This document shows positions 59,224 to 64,000 of a DNA stretch of 64,000 nt, in pieces. The notes under the pieces were generated by a model. That model had not been told where the DNA came from. It made no database searches and saw nothing but the letters and a program-made list of their open reading frames with translations. How positions within the stretch are numbered: position 1 is the first letter of the stretch; each line of letters opens with the position of its first letter. The position numbers and the translations under genes were made by a program. The DNA is taken from NCBI GenBank assembly GCA_963825135.1, contig CAWGRW010000009.1, forward strand, positions 960,001 through 1,024,000, given 5' to 3'. This DNA comes from an uncultured bacterium (GTDB taxonomy: Bacteria > Desulfobacterota_D > UBA1144 > Nemesobacterales > UBA2774).

Positions 59224-60600
59224 TCAATTAAGCAGGTCCATCTTGATCATCCTGTTTCTAAGCACCTGCCTCGTTACGCCGAGCATTTCGGCGGCCTTCG
59301 TTTGATTCCAGTTGTTGAGCTCAAGCGCCTTTTTAATGACCATTTCCTCCACGGCTTCGAGAGTGAGTTTGTCCATGTCGAGCTCGAAAATCATCTTATG
59401 CTCGTCGCCCTGGATCTTGACTCCCTTGCTCTGCCCGTCTATCTGCACGTACTTGGGATTGAGTGTATCGCCCTCGCTAAGCAGAACCGCCCTCTCTATA
59501 GTACTGCGAAGCTCGCGTACGTTGCCCGGCCACTGGTAGCTCATAAACGCATTTTCAACCTCTTCCGGTACGTGCTTTATGTTTTTGTTAAAATCCATAT
59601 TGAAGTAACCGATAAAATGCTCCGTGAGGAGCGGGATGTCCTCTCTCCGCTCCCTCAGGGTCGGCATTTCAAAATTAATTACATTGAGCCTGTGGTACAG
59701 GTCCTCCCTGAAGAGATTCTTTTCGACGAGTTCTTTGAGGTCCTTGTTCGTCGCGGCGACGACTCTCACGTCTACCTTAATGTCCCTCTTCCCTCCGATT
59801 CTCCTGAACGTCCTCTCCTCCACCGCCTTCACCAGCTTCGCTTGAAGAGACGGACTCATGTCCCCGATCTCGTCGAGGAAAATAGTCCCGCCGTCCGCGT
59901 CCTCCAGTATGCCGGTCTTCATCTTCTTCGCGTCCGTGAAAGCGCCCGCCTCGTGTCCGAATAATTCACTCTCGAGAAGCGTCTCCGGTATCGCCGCGCA
60001 GTTGAGCTCTATGATGGGTTTCTCCGCCCTCACGCCGTTGTGATGGAGCACCTTCGCGGCGAGTCCCTTGCCCGTCCCGCTTTCACCGCTTATAAGAATC
60101 GTTTTTGGGTCTGTCGTGACGAGTTTTTCAAATAACTCTATGATATTCCGCACCGCCGCGCTCTTTCCGATAAGCGCATGGAATCCGTACTGCTTCTGCT
60201 CGCTCTTGAGTCTCGTGTCGAGATTTCTTTTAAGCCCGACGTTAACGAGAGCGTTCTTCACTATTATCCTGAGTTTGTCTATTGAGAATGGTTTCTCAAT
60301 GAAATCATACGCGCCCTTTTTAATCGCGGAGACCGCCATATCCACGTTACCGTGCCCGCTCATGAGTATCGTTACGGGCCTCGGTTCCATATTGTTTATC
60401 TGCCCCAAGGCCTCGATCCCGTCCATGTCCGGGAGCCTCAGGTCGAGCAGGATCAGGTCGGGGTTGTCCCTCCTGGCCAGAAGAAGCCCCGTCTCCCCGT
60501 CATTGGCGGTGCTTACGAGAAAACCCTCCTCCGAGAGACTCTCGCTCAATTTTTTACAAAGGAAGTCTTCGTCATCGATTATTAAAATAGTCTGACTCAC
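59224..60600 (-). CDS. Sigma54-dependent response regulator (NtrC family)
   Basis: Receiver domain, GESGTGK, ESELFGH, GAFTDA, WPGNVREL, Fis-type HTH. Confidence 0.95.
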   Translation of the reverse strand: MSQTILIIDDEDFLCKKLSESLSEEGFLVSTANDGETGLLLARRDNPDLILLDLRLPDMDGIEALGQINNMEPRPVTILMSGHGNVDMAVSAIKKGAYDFIEKPFSIDKLRIIVKNALVNVGLKRNLDTRLKSEQKQYGFHALIGKSAAVRNIIELFEKLVTTDPKTILISGESGTGKGLAAKVLHHNGVRAEKPIIELNCAAIPETLLESELFGHEAGAFTDAKKMKTGILEDADGGTIFLDEIGDMSPSLQAKLVKAVEERTFRRIGGKRDIKVDVRVVAATNKDLKELVEKNLFREDLYHRLNVINFEMPTLRERREDIPLLTEHFIGYFNMDFNKNIKHVPEEVENAFMSYQWPGNVRELRSTIERAVLLSEGDTLNPKYVQIDGQSKGVKIQGDEHKMIFELDMDKLTLEAVEEMVIKKALELNNWNQTKAAEMLGVTRQVLRNRMIKMDLLN

Positions 60601-60663
60601 TACTTACTCCTCAATTCGAGATACCAAAACAGCTTTTAATTTCCGATTGCGCTTCCCGGCGCA

Positions 60664-61932
60664 TCAGGCGGACATCTTAACCTTTTCTCCGGCGTTCTTT
60701 GGTATCATTACCGTAAAAGTCGAGCCCTTACCCTCTTCGCTGTATACGGCGATTCCCCCGTTGTGCGCATCGATAATTCTTTTGGATATCGCAAGCCCGA
60801 GCCCCGTGCCCTGCTTCTTGTTCGTATAGAAGGGCTCGAATACCTTTTCCATATCACGGGGAGAGATACCGTGACCGTTATCGGCGACTTTGATGTGAAG
60901 CTCGCCGTCGATGCTGTCTGTTTCGACTGTCACCTTTCCGTTCCCGGGCTTGACCGCATCGATTCCGTTTATCAAAAGGTTAATGATAACCTGCTGGCAC
61001 TTCTCGTAGTCGAGATTGAATTCCTCGGCGCAATTGAGATTCGTTTCTATCGATACCCCTTTTTCTTCCGCGATCGGAGACACCGACAAAATAGACCTCT
61101 CCACAATGTCGTTGGGGTCGGCGCTCCTGAAGTCCATCTCCTTGGGGATCGAAAGCTGAAGCAGGTCTTTCAGGATACGGTCGAGCCTCCTTACCTCTTT
61201 CAAGACCTCGGATATGGACTGCTGCTGGTCGTCGCCTTCCGATTTATTTCTCATGATTTCGAGGGCGACCGTGATCCCCGAAAGCGGGTTCTTAATCTCG
61301 TGCGCTATGCGTGCCGCGAATTCTCCGATCGTGGCGAGCCGCTCCGACTTGATAAGCTCGTTCTGCTGATCCCTGATCGCGCTCGTCGCTTCATCCACCT
61401 TCTCTTTCAAAGTCTCGTTGAACCGCTTTGTCTGCTCAAGCAGTTCGAGATTGCTCCTGTGGGTGTCTTCTATGTTCTGAAGCATTTCGTTGAACGAGCC
61501 CGCGAGTATGGATATCTCGTCGGCTTCCCCGACGCTCTTGATCCTGTATGAGTAATCCCCCTTCTTCACGGTCTTTGTCGCATTTATCAGCCGCTCTATG
61601 GGTCTTGTGATCTTGGCCGGGAAGAGTATCGCAATAATTCCCGCGAACAAGAGAGATGCGCCGACAACGATCAATACATATGTGTAGTTATACTTGAGCT
61701 GCTCATCGACCAGCGTCACGGCGCGTTCGACTATTTCTTTACCGAACCCCGGGTCAGGCTCAATTTTATTATCCGGGTTCGAGAATAATTTATAGAGAGT
61801 TGAATATCGCCCTTCAATATTCGAAGCCGCGTCGTTCAATCTATAGACGTTGTATATAAAGAGGCCCCCAATAATAATCATAAGAATCAGCATGAGGCCG
61901 AACCCGAGTCTGATCTGTTTACTGAGCTTCAA
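60664..61932 (-). CDS. HAMP-domain sensor histidine kinase
   Basis: Two TMs, HAMP, AHEIKNPL, N box, DNGHG, GTGLGL. Confidence 0.94.
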   Translation of the reverse strand: MKLSKQIRLGFGLMLILMIIIGGLFIYNVYRLNDAASNIEGRYSTLYKLFSNPDNKIEPDPGFGKEIVERAVTLVDEQLKYNYTYVLIVVGASLLFAGIIAILFPAKITRPIERLINATKTVKKGDYSYRIKSVGEADEISILAGSFNEMLQNIEDTHRSNLELLEQTKRFNETLKEKVDEATSAIRDQQNELIKSERLATIGEFAARIAHEIKNPLSGITVALEIMRNKSEGDDQQQSISEVLKEVRRLDRILKDLLQLSIPKEMDFRSADPNDIVERSILSVSPIAEEKGVSIETNLNCAEEFNLDYEKCQQVIINLLINGIDAVKPGNGKVTVETDSIDGELHIKVADNGHGISPRDMEKVFEPFYTNKKQGTGLGLAISKRIIDAHNGGIAVYSEEGKGSTFTVMIPKNAGEKVKMSA

Positions 61933-62221
61933 TTTTTATTCTCTCCCAACCCTTACGAGGTAGAACTAAGTTATAATTCTACCTGTTTTTCCCAACAGGC
62001 GGCTTCCTTTGGCGTATATTCAAAGTGGACGAGAATCGAAGGAACCGGGGTATTAGAATCTATCGGGAAGGTGCGGAGAACGAGGATGAAGCCAAGGAAG
62101 AAGGGGTTCCCGTGAGTCGGTATTTGCACAGGCAGGCCGGATCCGTCAAAATCAATCACACCTCAAATCTTGATAAACGGACAAAGCAACAAAGTGCGCC
62201 AGAAATAAATCCCCTGAATTC

Positions 62222-62247
62222 TTTGACAATAACGATAAATTGTCAAA
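62222..62247. promoter_or_regulatory. Inverted repeat made of two opposed TTGACA elements between divergent genes
   Basis: TTTGACAAT-N8-ATTGTCAAA. Confidence 0.5.
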
Positions 62248-62320
62248 TAATTCTTTGCTCGGGGTGATAAACGTTTTATTGCTTAACTCTCTCCGGCAAT
62301 TGAATTCCCTGGGGTCGCAG

Positions 62321-62896
62321 ATGCGGATATCAATTTGTTCCATATTAACTGTCTCATGCCTGCTTGCCGGGTGCATCGCGGGTCCGGGGTCCATGCAGGA
62401 CCTCAACAATAGACAGGATGTGCTGGAGAATAAAGTCGCAGCGATGTCGAGAGATTTAAACGACGTTCAGCGGAGACTCGAGATTCAGCAAGCGAGAATA
62501 AGGAACCTTGAGCAGAATTATTCGGACATGTACATGAAAATGGGCGACCTCCAAAAGAAACAGGCCGTATCCCCGCCCGCGAAACTTGAAACCGGGGAAG
62601 CAGGAAAAGACGCCCCCCCTGTCCCTCCCCCAACCGGCGATCTCTACCAGCGGGCCGACGCCCTATATAATGAGGGACAGTATCTGAATGCAATCCTGGC
62701 TTATCAAGTATTTATCGACTCGTACCCCAATGACGGCAAGGTTGCAGACGCTTACCTCAAGCAGGGACTTTCTCTCGTCAAAATCGGGAGGACCGACGGG
62801 GCGAAATTCTTTTTCAAAACCCTCATAGACAGGTTCCCCGAATCGAGCGAAGCCGCTATCGCGAAGCAGGAACTCGAAAAAATTAATCCCGAGTAA
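62321..62896 (+). CDS. Tol-Pal/cell-division TPR protein YbgF (CpoB)-like lipoprotein
   Basis: Lipobox LLAG-C, coiled coil, TPR with YPN..ADAYLKQG..FPES. Confidence 0.8.
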   Translation: MRISICSILTVSCLLAGCIAGPGSMQDLNNRQDVLENKVAAMSRDLNDVQRRLEIQQARIRNLEQNYSDMYMKMGDLQKKQAVSPPAKLETGEAGKDAPPVPPPTGDLYQRADALYNEGQYLNAILAYQVFIDSYPNDGKVADAYLKQGLSLVKIGRTDGAKFFFKTLIDRFPESSEAAIAKQELEKINPE

Positions 62897-62937
62897 CGAC
62901 GCCGGGCTAAACCTTCCACCCCGGTTTTTCAATCCCG

Positions 62938-62966
62938 TTGACAAATCATACGCGCATCCATACTAT
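62938..62966 (+). promoter_or_regulatory. Sigma70-type promoter
   Basis: TTGACA-17-TACTAT. Confidence 0.65.
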
Positions 62967-63017
62967 GTAATTCATCGATTTTTAAGAAAATCCCATTCTC
63001 AGACCAGGCAAATTTTT

Positions 63018-64000
63018 ATGGATGCAGTGATCAAAGCAGACATCTTATATTTAAATTATGAATTCCCGGTTATCAGTTCCGACAGAGAGCCGGGCGGGAG
63101 TTTTTTGTTTGAACTCGTTCGCGCGGTTTCGGAAGAAGCCGGTATCCGCATACAGGTCTTGGCATTTCGGTTTGCCAACCAACCCTCTTTCGAGGAAAAA
63201 AACGGCATATCCGTGGAAAGAATCGAGTTTCCCCGCACATCGTTTCAAGGGAGCGATAACCCAGCTGTAGATCCCGAGACATACAGCTCCCCCCTGAATT
63301 ACAACCTGGCCCTCTCGACATTTAGGGAGCACGCGCTTAGGATCGCCGCCTCGATCGGGCATATCGTGCCCGTCTGGTGTCATGGATTTATGGCTGCGTC
63401 CGCCGCCGTGGAATTCAGGAAACGGGGGTATCCCGTTGTGGGCGTATCACTTGGGCTGGTTGCCGAGGAATTAATGCTCCGGCTGGAGCTGGCCGACGAC
63501 CCTCTGCGGAGAAAGAATTTCCCGCGCACGATGTCCTCCGTAGCCGGCGCCCTTTGCGGGAAGAGGCTCAGGCCTTCTTTCGTGAGGTTCCTCAGCCGGA
63601 GCGCCCCGATTATCTCCAGGCTTCCGCTCCCTCCCGCGCTTGAGCTCCTGCACAAGCTCGCGATAGAGGCGTTGTTCATGAACGCCGTCCACGTCATGGT
63701 CGCTATAAGTCCCGGACACGCCGATTCCATTGCCCGATACCACCCTTGCGCGAAGGGCAAATTGAAGTGCTGTGTCGCCGGATCTCCCGCGCCCTCGCAA
63801 GGCTCCTACTGGCCGTTCCCAATAAGAGACGATCGTCTGAGACTGGTCATGGTGGGAAGGCCGTGCCCTCAAAAAGGATGGGACTATGTTTCGGCCGCGC
63901 TGGGAAATATCGATAAGGAACACGCCCGTGAAGCTGAAAGACTTGAGTTCGTGACAATCGGGGGTCTTGCTGCAGATGGCAGCGCTTACAGCGACCACGC
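63018..64000 (+). CDS. Glycosyltransferase family 4-like protein (runs off the window end)
   Basis: Open frame MDAVIKADILYLNYEFP..VWCHG..LVMVGRPCPQKGWD with no stop before 64000. Confidence 0.75.
   Translation, partial: MDAVIKADILYLNYEFPVISSDREPGGSFLFELVRAVSEEAGIRIQVLAFRFANQPSFEEKNGISVERIEFPRTSFQGSDNPAVDPETYSSPLNYNLALSTFREHALRIAASIGHIVPVWCHGFMAASAAVEFRKRGYPVVGVSLGLVAEELMLRLELADDPLRRKNFPRTMSSVAGALCGKRLRPSFVRFLSRSAPIISRLPLPPALELLHKLAIEALFMNAVHVMVAISPGHADSIARYHPCAKGKLKCCVAGSPAPSQGSYWPFPIRDDRLRLVMVGRPCPQKGWDYVSAALGNIDKEHAREAERLEFVTIGGLAADGSAYSDH

Noticed and set aside
62185..62203. Sigma54 promoter TGGCGCACTTTGTTGC on the minus strand
   Set aside because: GG-to-GC spacing is 11 rather than the required 10.
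1..64000. CRISPR array, cas genes, transposase, integrase, prophage, rRNA
   Set aside because: No regularly spaced repeats or recognisable motifs were seen by eye.

Overview
Bacterial chromosomal window, mostly housekeeping genes. The style suggests a deltaproteobacteria-like lineage, possibly Candidatus Dadabacteria (inference only). Core loci: pstA-pstB-phoU, prmC-murA-hisG, egtB-egtD, ispE, a HerA-like ATPase, an ArfB-like factor, bolA-grxD, a TetR/ECF-sigma/sigma70 cluster, PIN-TRAM-ispD-ispF, comEC, leuA, a sigma54 two-component pair and ybgF/cpoB. Two tRNA genes anchor accessory DNA. (1) tRNA-Glu(CTC) at 14642-14719 is followed by co-oriented genes punctuated by copies of the tRNA 3' end: a perfect 42-bp copy after the cupin gene, a 21/23 copy after the Na/Pi transporter, and weak traces in between. 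No integrase is visible, so this looks like a tRNA-anchored array of mini-cassettes. A decaying glycosylation cluster and a 1644-aa pentapeptide/G8 protein follow. (2) tRNA-Ala(CGC) at 54555-54631 (minus) and a degenerate copy of its 3' end at 46923-46950 bracket a moxR-bat operon. There is also a candidate sRNA at about 10.13-10.22 kb (minus) with a sigma70 promoter, a double anti-Shine-Dalgarno motif and an intrinsic terminator. A second candidate transcript at 41.2 kb carries a 19-bp near-perfect complement to that motif, suggesting an sRNA/sponge pair. All product calls come from reading motifs by eye; no searches were run.
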